From Methanobacteriota archaeon (GTDB lineage: Archaea > Thermoplasmatota > Poseidoniia > Poseidoniales > Poseidoniaceae): 29,773 nt of DNA. Below are positions 14,496 to 29,500 of the stretch, in pieces. Below the pieces are notes generated by a model that was not told the origin of the DNA, did not search any database, and was given only the letters and a program-made list of their open reading frames with translations. A program made the position numbers and the translations under genes. Location: contig WTIV01000096.1 in the NCBI GenBank assembly GCA_011525095.1, positions 1 through 29,773 on the forward strand, read 5' to 3'. Positions within the stretch are counted from its first letter, which is position 1. Every line of letters begins with the position of its first letter.

Positions 14496-15874
14496 ACCCA
14501 AGAAACGTCTTCTCCGTCATCAATGACATTGTGTCCCAATACTAGTTCACCTCTCTCATTAAGTCCAAAATTCTCGTACACTAACTCGCAATATCTGGGC
14601 CTGCCTAGTGATTTCATATGGGTCAATATTTCTGCTCGTATTGAGTCGAAATTTACAGGTGGTATGTCATCACGTTCTTCGATTAGTGAAGATAACTCAG
14701 AATTCAGCCTTCGATCAAGTAGTTTGAAATCCAGTTTTTCAATCTCGTCGAGTGTACTAATTTCTTTTCCGTCAATTACCTTGTTGGATGCTTGTAAATT
14801 AATACCAATTCCAAGAACAACTTTGGTTGAATCTTGAGAGGATTTACCTTCTACGAGTACTCCACATAATTTCCGCTCATCGATTAGAATATCGTTAGGC
14901 CATTTGAGTTTTAGGCGGTCACTTTGTATTGATTTGATTACTGCCAAACCACCTGACAATTGTAGCAGGCCAGGGTTAACTTCCGTGTCTTCTGCGACAA
15001 TCCATGAGCCTGCATAACACTTTTCTATAGAATTCCATTTCCTATCTCTTCGGCCTCTACCAGATGTTTGCAAAGCAGTTGAAATGTGGGTTCCAACTCC
15101 AGATTTGTGAAACAGATCATCGTTGGTTGAACCGGTGCTTTGAACGAATACATTTTCAGCGTTCTCCCATGGTTTCCACAAGCAAAAAACCGTCAATGAT
15201 TCACCATCATCAAACTCTAGTATGTCCCAGCTTCTTATTGCAAAGTTCTCACACGCTCCAATACTTCCAGTCCTACCTAGTAACAGCATTCTTCCGTTTG
15301 TTGCAAGAAGATTATTTTTCCCAACTAATGATAAGAACCTGCTTTGTAATCCCTGTGTGTCTGTATCAATAAGACCGGCCTCTTCCATCGGGCCAAGTAA
15401 TTCATTCACCTCATGTGCAGGGATGTAGGGCAGATTCCAGATAATCAAATCGAACTTTTCCTCAAACGGGAAACCATCGGGACCAATTCCGCCTTCCTTG
15501 ATGGTTCCGGCTTGCAAATTCTTTTCCATATTTCCTCTTGTTGCAGCTACAGCAAACGGATTTATGTCACAAGCATGAACATCCCATCCAAGTGATGATG
15601 CGAGAATACTCAGGGCGCCTGAACCACACCCAATCTCCAAGAATTTCCTTCCTTTTCCAGGTCCCAATTGTATTAGCCTGTTGGCTATTAGGTCAGTGTC
15701 TTCCCTTGGAGGATAAACGGTAGGAGGAATGATCAATTCAATACACTGTGTTGGGTTTGGCCTCCATTCTATGGTGCGAGGAGGTCTTTTTTGCAGATCA
15801 ACTTCAGATTGGGCATCTTCAGGAGTGAATATACCACGTTCTCCAGATGCCATTGTATTGCTCTGACAGAACAT
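14492..15874 (-). CDS. Fusion of HemK/PrmC-type (Mtq2-like) SAM methyltransferase and biotin-protein ligase (BirA catalytic domain)
   Basis: N-half: VYPPREDT, LEIGCGSG, DINPFAV, IWNLPY. C-half: STGSTN, QTSGRGR, KWPNDI, KLCGVLVE, GIGINL. Continuous ORF; start could be 15853. Confidence 0.85.
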   Translation of the reverse strand: MFCQSNTMASGERGIFTPEDAQSEVDLQKRPPRTIEWRPNPTQCIELIIPPTVYPPREDTDLIANRLIQLGPGKGRKFLEIGCGSGALSILASSLGWDVHACDINPFAVAATRGNMEKNLQAGTIKEGGIGPDGFPFEEKFDLIIWNLPYIPAHEVNELLGPMEEAGLIDTDTQGLQSRFLSLVGKNNLLATNGRMLLLGRTGSIGACENFAIRSWDILEFDDGESLTVFCLWKPWENAENVFVQSTGSTNDDLFHKSGVGTHISTALQTSGRGRRDRKWNSIEKCYAGSWIVAEDTEVNPGLLQLSGGLAVIKSIQSDRLKLKWPNDILIDERKLCGVLVEGKSSQDSTKVVLGIGINLQASNKVIDGKEISTLDEIEKLDFKLLDRRLNSELSSLIEERDDIPPVNFDSIRAEILTHMKSLGRPRYCELVYENFGLNERGELVLGHNVIDDGEDVSWV

Positions 15875-16058
15875 GATTTATGCTTCTTGTTATAGCAGGT
15901 GTTGACCGTGGTTGATTAACAAGAGACGCCATCGCTCGTTTTTCACAAATTTTGTGCCGAAGACTTTATTTCTTAACGGGAAAAAGACGCATCAGAAGGT
16001 ACCATCCTTCAGATACATACCTGTCCTGCTTTCTCCGGCTAAAATTGGTGGCAAAGGA

Positions 16059-16066
16059 TTTAAAAA
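16059..16066 (+). promoter_or_regulatory. Archaeal TATA box (TTTAAAAA) with purine-rich BRE-like sequence, for tRNA-Lys and probably the RNAP operon
   Basis: gcaaagga-TTTAAAAA lies about 40 nt upstream of the tRNA 5' end. Confidence 0.6.
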
Positions 16067-16105
16067 CCCCATACAGGTCGGCCAAGAAGCCCAACACATA
16101 CATTT

Positions 16106-16179
16106 GGGCCTGTAGCTTAGTCAGGTAGAGCGTCCGGCTTTTAACCGGACGGTCGCGGGTTCGAACCCCGTCAGGCCCG
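16106..16179 (+). tRNA. tRNA-Lys (anticodon UUU), intron-less, CCA not fully encoded
   Basis: Acceptor stem GGGCCTG/CAGGCCC, D arm gcttagtcaggtagagc, anticodon arm TCCGG-CT-TTT-AA-CCGGA, T loop GGTTCGAACC, discriminator G. Confidence 0.97.
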
Positions 16180-16229
16180 CCTGACAAGATACCGGCCAAG
16201 TGTATCAGGGCTCAGCGGGGTGTGTTTTT

Positions 16230-16850
16230 TTGGTAGTAAAGTCGGCAACTAAGAAGCGTTTGATGGAAATGGGCATAGCAGAAGAATATGCTCACAAACT
16301 TGCGACAGATCGAAACATGACAGATATCAAGGCCATGCCGGCCGACGAAATTGCGTCAGTTCTAGGTGTCTCAAAAGACGATGAAATTTTCACCGGCGCA
16401 ATGAATGCCCTCGCAGAATTAGGCCAGCGCAGACAGAAACGCAGAAGCCGAAAAATCACTATTTCAAGAAAAGCACTCGATGACGATGACATGGACTTGG
16501 CAGGTACCAAGTTCAACGTTCTAAACCACGTTCTTGTACCACACCAGGAACTAGTCCCTGTTGAGAGTGAGGAAGAAGAACTTGCTCCATGGGGTCTTTT
16601 GACAACCGATTCAGAAACCGGTGAGTCAAGACTTGCTAAGGAACTTCTCCCAAAGATTCTGATTACCGATCCAGTTGTTCAAGTGATTAAGGAAACCACT
16701 GAAAGAGCACATGACGCAGCGTCAACAGATGACGAAGAGCACGTCCCTCTACCCGCAGGATGGCTCGCAGACCGTGTTCTAAAGGTAGTAAGGCCTTCAC
16801 CATCCGCTGGTGTTTCGGTTGCTTACAGACTAATCGTGGAGGGCAGCTGA
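16230..16850 (+). CDS. rpoH: RNA polymerase subunit Rpo5 (H) with ~93-aa N-terminal extension
   Basis: Core FNVLNHVLVP..LPKILITDP..KVVRPSPSAG.SVAYRLIV. TTG start at 16230 behind GGGGTG; this start aligns with the RpoA'' start MVVKSATKK. Confidence 0.9.
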   Translation: MVVKSATKKRLMEMGIAEEYAHKLATDRNMTDIKAMPADEIASVLGVSKDDEIFTGAMNALAELGQRRQKRRSRKITISRKALDDDDMDLAGTKFNVLNHVLVPHQELVPVESEEEELAPWGLLTTDSETGESRLAKELLPKILITDPVVQVIKETTERAHDAASTDDEEHVPLPAGWLADRVLKVVRPSPSAGVSVAYRLIVEGS

Positions 16851-16864
16851 GCTGAGGTGATACC

Positions 16865-19800
16865 ATGAAGGAGATTATTGAATCATTTTTCCGAGAAAGA
16901 AGCCTAGTTAACCATCAACTAGCATCATACGATGACTGTATCCCATCCGGTGACAATTCCTTGTCTCGTATGGAGAAGATCGTAAGAAGTATCAGAGTCG
17001 GTACCGATGAAGAAGTCGAAGATGACAAGGGCGGTTTAATCAAACTCGACGTAATCGACCAAGACATCATCATTCGCGTTAAGAACATTCAACTGGGCGA
17101 GCCTACAATCCGTGAAGCGGACGGTAGCGACCACCCTTCGCAGCCAATGGAATGCCGACTACGCAAGTTGACATACATGTCACCTGTTAAGATGGATTTC
17201 ACAATTTTCAGAAACGGTGTGCCAACACAACCAGAAAAAGGAGTTCAGGTTGGTAACATGCCAATCATGGTTCGCAGCCGCAGGTGTAACCTGCACGCAA
17301 ACCACATCGCAGGTGACCGTGTTTTGCACCCAACAACCTCCGATGAAGACAGAAAGATGTGGGAAGAGTTGCTTCGTCAAAAGGGCGAAGACCCACTAGA
17401 TCCTGGAGGCTACTTCATCATCAACGGTACTGAGAGAGTACTAATCTCCATGGAAGACCTTGCTCCAAACCGTGTTACTGTTGAAATTAACAAGAGATAC
17501 GCAAAGAAGACAGAGGTTGCAAAGATCTTCTCACAAAAGGACGGTATGAGGAAGCCGCTTACAGTAGAGAAGCGCCGTGACGGTATGCTGATGGTCAAGA
17601 TCAGTACTGCTGGTACAACTGCAATTCCTGTAGTATTACTAATGCGCGCACTTGGCATCGAGAATGACCAAGAATTGTTCCAAGCGATTGCAGGTCCGAC
17701 AGAGACCTTCAAGTTCATCGTTGCCAACATTAACGAAGTAAAAGATAACGAAGAATACGCTGTCGATTCTATGGAGGAAGCACACGGCTGGTTAGAGAAG
17801 AAATTCGCTGCAGGTCAGCAGAAAGAATACCGTGAGGCTAGAGTTAACCAACTTCTAGACCGTGAACTTCTACCTCACTTGGGCGATCAAGTCGAGGATC
17901 GAAAGAAGAAAGCAATCTTCCTTGGAAGGATCGTACGTCAAGTATTGGAAATGGCAATCACAAGCAGAAAGCCAAACGACAAGGACCACTACGCAAACAA
18001 GCGTGTCCGCCTTGCTGGCGACCTTGTGGAAGATCTATTCCGTGTATCCATGGGACAACTTGCACGTGACCTGAAGTACCAACTTGAGAGGCACCACAAC
18101 AGAAAGCGTGAACTTAAGATCACATCTTGTTTGAGACCCGACGTTTTGACAAGCAAAATCATGCACGCTCTTGCTACTGGTAACTGGGTCGGTGGACGAT
18201 CTGGTGTAAGCCAGTTGTTGGATAGGACAACCTTCCTTTCCGCACTTTCCCACATGCGCCGTGTAACAAGTCCGCTTGTTCGCAGCCAACCTCACTTCGA
18301 AGCGCGTGACCTGCACCCAACTCAATGGGGCCGTCTATGTCCAAACGAGACCCCTGAAGGTCAGAACTGTGGTCTAGTAAAGAACGCTGCACAGATGATT
18401 GACATATCAGAAGCTGTTCCTGAAGAGGAAATCAGAACTCGCCTTGACGAAATGGATGTATTCCAACCAGATGACTGGACAGATGGTGACAGGATTCACG
18501 TGAATGGTGACATCTATGGTGTACACAAGCGTGGGAAGAATTTGGTTACTCAGTTCAAGAATGCTCGCCGTCGCGGTGCAATCAGACCTGAAGTATCTAT
18601 CAGATACGACAATGTCAACAAAGACATATTCATCAACACTGACAAGGGAAGAATCCTACGTCCAGTATTGATTCTATACGATGGTGCACCAAGATTAACT
18701 CAGAAGCACTTGGAGATGGTAAGTTCAGGAGAACTGACGTTCAATGACTTGGTCAACGAAGGTGTTGTCGAGTGGATCGATGCTGAAGAAGAAGAAGACC
18801 TTTACATCGCACCAAGGCCATTCGTACTCCCTGAAGTAGTTCCAGAAGGAAACGAATACGCTGGCAGACCAGTAAGTCACTCCGCAGTAACATGGCTAAA
18901 CCTCGGTGAGCCAGGTGCAGAGGATGCTAACCTGCAAGCAAGAGTTACAATGCCAAATGGAGAAAAGGCTGATGCAATCTTCAGTGTACCGCTATTGTAT
19001 ACTCAAGAACACACTCATTGTGAGATTGACCCGCAACTCGTCCTTGGTGTATGCGCTTCATTGATTCCATACCCCGAGCACAACTCAACACCACGTGTTA
19101 CCGGTGGTACTGCAATGGTAAAGCAATCACTTGGTTTGCCAAGTTCAAACTACAGGCTAAGACCAGATACGAGATTACACATCTTGCACTACCCACAGCG
19201 CTCTATCACCTACACACAGGCTATGGACACCACAAAGTTCGACAGCAGGCCTGGTGGACAGAACTTCATCGTTGCAGTCATGAGTCTTCACGGCTACAAC
19301 ATGCAGGACGCCGTTATCATGAACCGCTCCAGCGTACAGCGTGCACTTGGACGCTCTACTTTCAACAGAACTTACAACGCAGAGCGCAGAAGATTCCCTG
19401 GTGGACAGGTAGAAGAAATCGAAATTCCAGGCACAGGTCTGGAAGAAGTAAAGGGATTGAAGCCTGTTGGAGCATATGATCACTTAGAAGCCGACGGTCT
19501 ACCTCATCCTGAGAAGTACCTCGAGGGTGGAGACGTACTGGTTGGTAAGACCAGCCCTCCAAGATTCTTGGAAGAAACTGGTGCAGGTGCTTTCTTGCAA
19601 GCACAAGAACGCCGTGAATCATCCATGCCTATTCGACATGGAGAGAAGGGATGGGTCGACAATGTCTATGTCACAGAATCACTAGATTCGGGAAGACTGG
19701 TCAGGTGTATGGTTAGATCACACAAGGTCCCTGAAGTTGGAGACAAATTCGCATCTCGTCACGGACAGAAAGGAGTCATCGGACGCCTTGTGGATGCTGA

Positions 19801-20472
19801 AGATATGCCTTTCACTCGTGATGGTGTAGTTCCTGACCTAATCATCAACCCGCACGCTATTCCATCGAGAATGACAGTTGCTCACGTTCTAGAGATGATT
19901 GGAGGAAAGGTCGGTTCTCTCGAAGGACGAAGAATCGACGGTACTGCCTTCAGAGGAGAAAAGGAAGGAAGCCTACGTGACAGCTTAGTCCGCAATGGAT
20001 ATGCACACACTGGTAGAGAAGTAATGGTTAATGGAGAAACTGGAGAAACATACCCTGCAGAAATCTTCGTCGGATGTATCTACTACCAGAAGTTACACCA
20101 CATGGTATCTGGAAAGATTCACGCAAGAAGCCGTGGTCGTGTACAGATTCTAACTCGTCAGCCTACCGAAGGACGTGCTCGTCAAGGTGGTCTAAGATTC
20201 GGAGAAATGGAGCGTGATTGTCTGATCGCACACGGTGCTTCGATGGTTATCAAGGACAGACTCCTAGACGAATCTGACGGAATTGACTTATTCGTTTGTG
20301 CTCAATCTGGACACATTGCATGGTACGATCCGAAACGAAGAACATACGTGTCGCCGATACACGGTGACGGAGCGGAGGTGTACAAGGTACAAACCTCATA
20401 CGCATTCAAGTTGCTACTTGACGAGATGAAGAGTCTCGGAGTGGCAATGCGCCTAGAACTGGAGGACCGCAG

Positions 20473-20476
<4 letters not shown>
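16865..20476 (+). CDS. rpoB: RNA polymerase subunit Rpo2 (B), unsplit
   Basis: GGYFIINGTERV, LHPTQWGRLCPNETPEG, GDKFASRHGQKG, RQPTEGRARQGGLRFGEMERD. Confidence 0.99.
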
Positions 20477-25241
<4,765 letters not shown>

Positions 25242-25280
25242 AATTCAACATTGAGAAGCAAAAATGTGGAGGAATGAAAA

Positions 25281-25580
25281 TTGGACATAAGTAGACAACT
25301 AAAGATTGCAAGTACATCTGGGAAGCTATTGTTTGGTCAACGCCAAGCGATCGATGCATGTGCAAGGGGAGAAGCAAAGTGCGTAATTCTGGCGGCAAAC
25401 TGCCCTCAAGATTACATTGACGACTTGGCAGCAAAACACCCTGAAGTAACAATGCATCGCACCATTTTGGTCAACAGAGACCTTGGTGTTGCATCTGGAA
25501 AGCCATTCAGCATCTCGACTATTACAGTCATCGATGCAGGCGAATCCGACTTGCTAACATTGAGTGGAAACATAGAGTGA
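25281..25580 (+). CDS. rpl30e: Ribosomal protein eL30
   Basis: GKLLFGQRQAI..AKCVILAANCP..DLGVASGKPFSISTITVIDAGESD; canonical position after rpoA2; TTG start behind GGAGGA. Confidence 0.95.
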   Translation: MDISRQLKIASTSGKLLFGQRQAIDACARGEAKCVILAANCPQDYIDDLAAKHPEVTMHRTILVNRDLGVASGKPFSISTITVIDAGESDLLTLSGNIE

Positions 25581-25609
25581 ATTAAAGACGGCTTCAATCT
25601 AGTCGGGCT

Positions 25610-26494
25610 GTGGGCCTCGATTTAGTCGCTGTTCTGAGACGCTTGGGCGTCAGCATTGACTCAGGCTCACCCCCGGTTACGGAACCAGGTGTGATTACTT
25701 GGCTTGGAAGAGTCTATGACGTCTCGCCCGAACAGTATAACCTAGGACTCAGCGAAGGCATGGAATTGTGGACCACTGGTCAGGGATTTGCACCCCTTGA
25801 CATAGCAGGAGTGGAATCATGGCTATTCGACGCTCCAAGAGGAAGCCATCTTGTAATTGCTGAAAGAAAGGTCAACTTTGACATCATTGATTTACCATCA
25901 AGAACCGGTAGGTTGCTGAAATTATGGCAGTTGGACGATTTCGCTGCATTCATTGGTCATGCCGTAATTGACGGGAGACTGAGCATAATCGAAGAAGAAG
26001 CAGAGGTTGGTGATGAGGAAGAAATCGACATGTTCGCAGGTCCTGGTCCGTTTGTCTTGAAGCCGAAGAATGATTTTTCACCCCTTGAATCAAGGGGACT
26101 TGATATTTCAATGGCAAAACCGGTTCTGGTACCTGCGAGGCTACACAATGTCAGAGGTTTGTTGATAGGGCCGGCAGTAGAAGAAATAGAAAGTTGGTTA
26201 TTGAACTGCGGAGGTTTCCATATTCTAGAATCAGTAGAGATATTGGAAAGCCCACCTATGCTAAATCAGGAAATCTTGGAAATTGTTGAAGATCCAGATT
26301 TCTCAGAAATCCTTTCACAAAGAAGACCACACTCTGAAGGAATGGGTGACTTACTGCATTGGTGGAAATTTGATTCTAAATCACAAAAAATCGATACTTT
26401 TGACGTGCTAATTCCTGCACACAAAGGCCAAGACATAAGCGGTAATTACTGGATTTTTGACGGAGTTTCATCGACCCTTCATTTGAACCGATAA
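25610..26494 (+). CDS. Hypothetical cytoplasmic protein
   Basis: 294-aa ORF with GTG start and no recognised motif; the N-half loosely resembles a degenerate Mrr-type fold (weak). Confidence 0.7.
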   Translation: MGLDLVAVLRRLGVSIDSGSPPVTEPGVITWLGRVYDVSPEQYNLGLSEGMELWTTGQGFAPLDIAGVESWLFDAPRGSHLVIAERKVNFDIIDLPSRTGRLLKLWQLDDFAAFIGHAVIDGRLSIIEEEAEVGDEEEIDMFAGPGPFVLKPKNDFSPLESRGLDISMAKPVLVPARLHNVRGLLIGPAVEEIESWLLNCGGFHILESVEILESPPMLNQEILEIVEDPDFSEILSQRRPHSEGMGDLLHWWKFDSKSQKIDTFDVLIPAHKGQDISGNYWIFDGVSSTLHLNR

Positions 26495-26531
26495 GCAAAG
26501 CATTCATCACCTTTAGAGATGAGGGTAAACC

Positions 26532-29500
26532 ATGGGCAAGCGTGGCTTCATATCCGTGATGATAGTAGCAATTTTCCTAAGTAGCATATTTGCGGTTTCC
26601 GATTACAGTGAACTTTCTGATTATAAGAAAGTGCTCTTTGCTGATTCTGAACCAGAGTTACTTATCTCTGCGGGTTCCGCTACAGGCCACGTTAATGGGT
26701 CAGAGATTGAATGGACTCCACAGGGTATAGTTGTTGCAGGTGATACTAGAAACAATCTAGATTTTGGTGGAATTCAGTTACAAGCTACATCTGGTTACAA
26801 CCCGTATTTGGATGCGGATTCCTATGTCGCTATGGTTGATGAGCAAGGAAATTGGCAATGGGCAGTAATGCCTTCTGCGACTCAAGGCCTAACCTTGATC
26901 AATGACATGACAACCGACTTGGCGGGGGATATCTACATTGGTGGATTGGTATTTGGTCAGGTAGTCTTCGGCTCATCATCAAATTCACCAGTTTTACAAT
27001 CGCAAAATTTTGATGGTTTCGTAGCAAAACTCGACGCTAGTGGCCAATGGTTGTGGGCAACTTCATTCAGTACTGCAACCAATAATGATTCAAACCAGAG
27101 TAGTGTTACAGGTATTGAATTTGACCCATATTCAGGAAATCTAATCGTAGTTGGGACACATCAAGGGCCAACAGATTTTGGTGGGACCACTCATACAAGT
27201 TCAGACAATGATGTGTTTATGGGAAGTTTCAATACAAACTCTGGAGCACTAAATGCAGTCTTTACTGCAGGAGGAATTGGCGATGATCGATCATCTGGAG
27301 TTGTAGTTGATTCATACGGTAACATATGGCAGACAGGAACAACATCTGGCACATTTTCAGGAAATGGAAAGACACACCAAGCTCTCAGTCAGGCGGACAC
27401 AATCCTAGTGAAGTGGAGTCAGGGCGGAGTTGTTCAAAGTGTCAAAGGATTTGTTAGTGCTGCAGGTGATATCAACCTCCCTGAAGATCTCACTATCGAC
27501 TCTAATGACGATATAATCGTGGGAGGAGTATTCCTTGGTTCGATGGATGCAGGCAATCAAAACACACTAACAGATAAGGGCAATGGCGATGCTTATGTTG
27601 TTAAAATTGCAAATAACGGTCAAACAGACTGGGCTGTAAGCGCAGGTAGTAGCGCCTCTACAGAAAGGGCATATGCCGTTGAAGTAACTTCAAATGATGA
27701 CATAATGGTCGGAGGATTAATTTCAGGTTCTGCTGATTTCGGTGTTCACTATGCAACATCTAATGGTGGACTTGACCTCTACATGGCTAAATTAACTGCA
27801 AATGGTGACTGGGATTGGGTAGAAAATCTAGGAAGCACAACAGATGACTTGTTTGCTGACTTGACGGTCAACGATACAGACATTCCGTATGCGTTTGGTT
27901 CATTCCAATCCACAATAAACAAAGGAACACAATCAGTGACAAGCAGCGCAGGCTTAGACTTGGTAATCTGGTCCCTTGATCCAATCAACAACGCAGATTC
28001 AGATAATGACGGTGTCATAGACTTAGAAGACAATTGTCCTAACACCAATAATCCGCTTCAAACCGATTCAGATTTGGATGGGGCGGGAGATGAGTGTGAC
28101 AATGACGATGACAACGACGGAATCACTGACAACTCAGGTGATGATTGCCCTAGAGGAGGTGCGTGGAATTGGACTAGCGATTCTACCACCGATTTCGATA
28201 ATGATGGTTGCAGAGATTCTACCGAAGATACAGACGACGACAATGATGGAGTTGAAGATGAGGATGACGGTTGCCTAAGTTCGTACACCCCTCCAAGAAA
28301 TTGGTGGACTTCAGATTCATCAAATGATCTCGATGGTGATGGTTGCAGAGATGCTGACGAAGATTCAGATGATGATGGAGATGGATTTAACGATGCAGAA
28401 GACGATTGTAACAAGGTGTCTGGTACTTCCGACCTAGGTTCCTACACAGGTTGTGTTGATTCAGATAGTGATGGATATGCTGACCTAGAGGACTCTTGCC
28501 CACAAGAGGAAGGTAACTCAACACTTGGTGGTCTATTGGCATGTCCGGATAGCGATGGTGACGGCTGGGCCAATTCCATAGATGACCTTCCTAGCGATGC
28601 TACTCAATGGAGTGATGCAGACGGTGATGGCTATGGCGACAACCCTAACGGAAACACTCCTGATGACTGTATCTCTACTCCAGGAACTTCTGTTTTGGAC
28701 AGGTATGGCTGCCCAGATACCGATAATGATGGATATTCAGCTGCGGATGATGACTGGACGATAGAAGACGGTGCAGACGCTTTCCCAACAGATAATACGC
28801 AATGGTCAGACTGGGATGAAGACGGATTTGGTGACAACTATGGTAACCTCTCTTGGATTGATAGAAGTGAAAACTGGCCGGGTGAATACTACCAGTATGC
28901 TAGAGACCAAGATGCCTGTCCCACATTAGCAGGCGATTCATGGCAAGAAGATATCCTCGGATGCCCAGATAGTGACAGCGACGGTTGGGCAGACTTCATG
29001 GATGCATTCCCAGCGGATCCTGATGAATATCTTGACTCAGATAATGATGGAGTAGCGGATGGAAATGATGACTGTCCTCTTGTGAATGGAAACTCAACAA
29101 TCGACGTTATAGGCTGCCCAGACTATGATGGAGATGGTTGGGGTGACCCAGAAAAAGGTACAGATTGGAAACCGATTGACCCAACTCAGTGGGCAGACTC
29201 TGACAGCGATGGCTATGGTGACAATCCAGCTGGAACAAGTCCAGACTCATGCACTAATGAAACAGGATTCTCATTCAAAGGCGATGTTCTTGGTTGTATA
29301 GACACAGACAACGATGGTTGGGCTGATATTATTGATGCATTCCCTGAAGAATCGAGTCAATGGAATGATACAGATGAGGATGGATTTGGAGATAACCCAG
29401 CTGGTAAGAATGCTGATGAATGTCCCGAGATTGCTGGGGTTGCAAAAGAAAACGGTTGTGAAGCAATAGTCGAAGAATCTAGTGGAAGTATTCTGAAGTA

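Noticed and set aside
15966-16199. 77-aa minus-strand ORF
   Set aside because: It is the antisense reading of tRNA-Lys and its promoter (GPDGVRTRDRPVKSR is a typical tRNA shadow).
16079-16200. 8-bp direct repeat cggccaag flanking the tRNA as an integration scar
   Set aside because: Too short, does not duplicate the tRNA 3' end, no integrase nearby, and the flanking genes are housekeeping.
27996-29384. Repeat region as a CRISPR array
   Set aside because: The repeats are degenerate at DNA level, in frame and protein-coding; there is no constant repeat with unique spacers and no cas genes.
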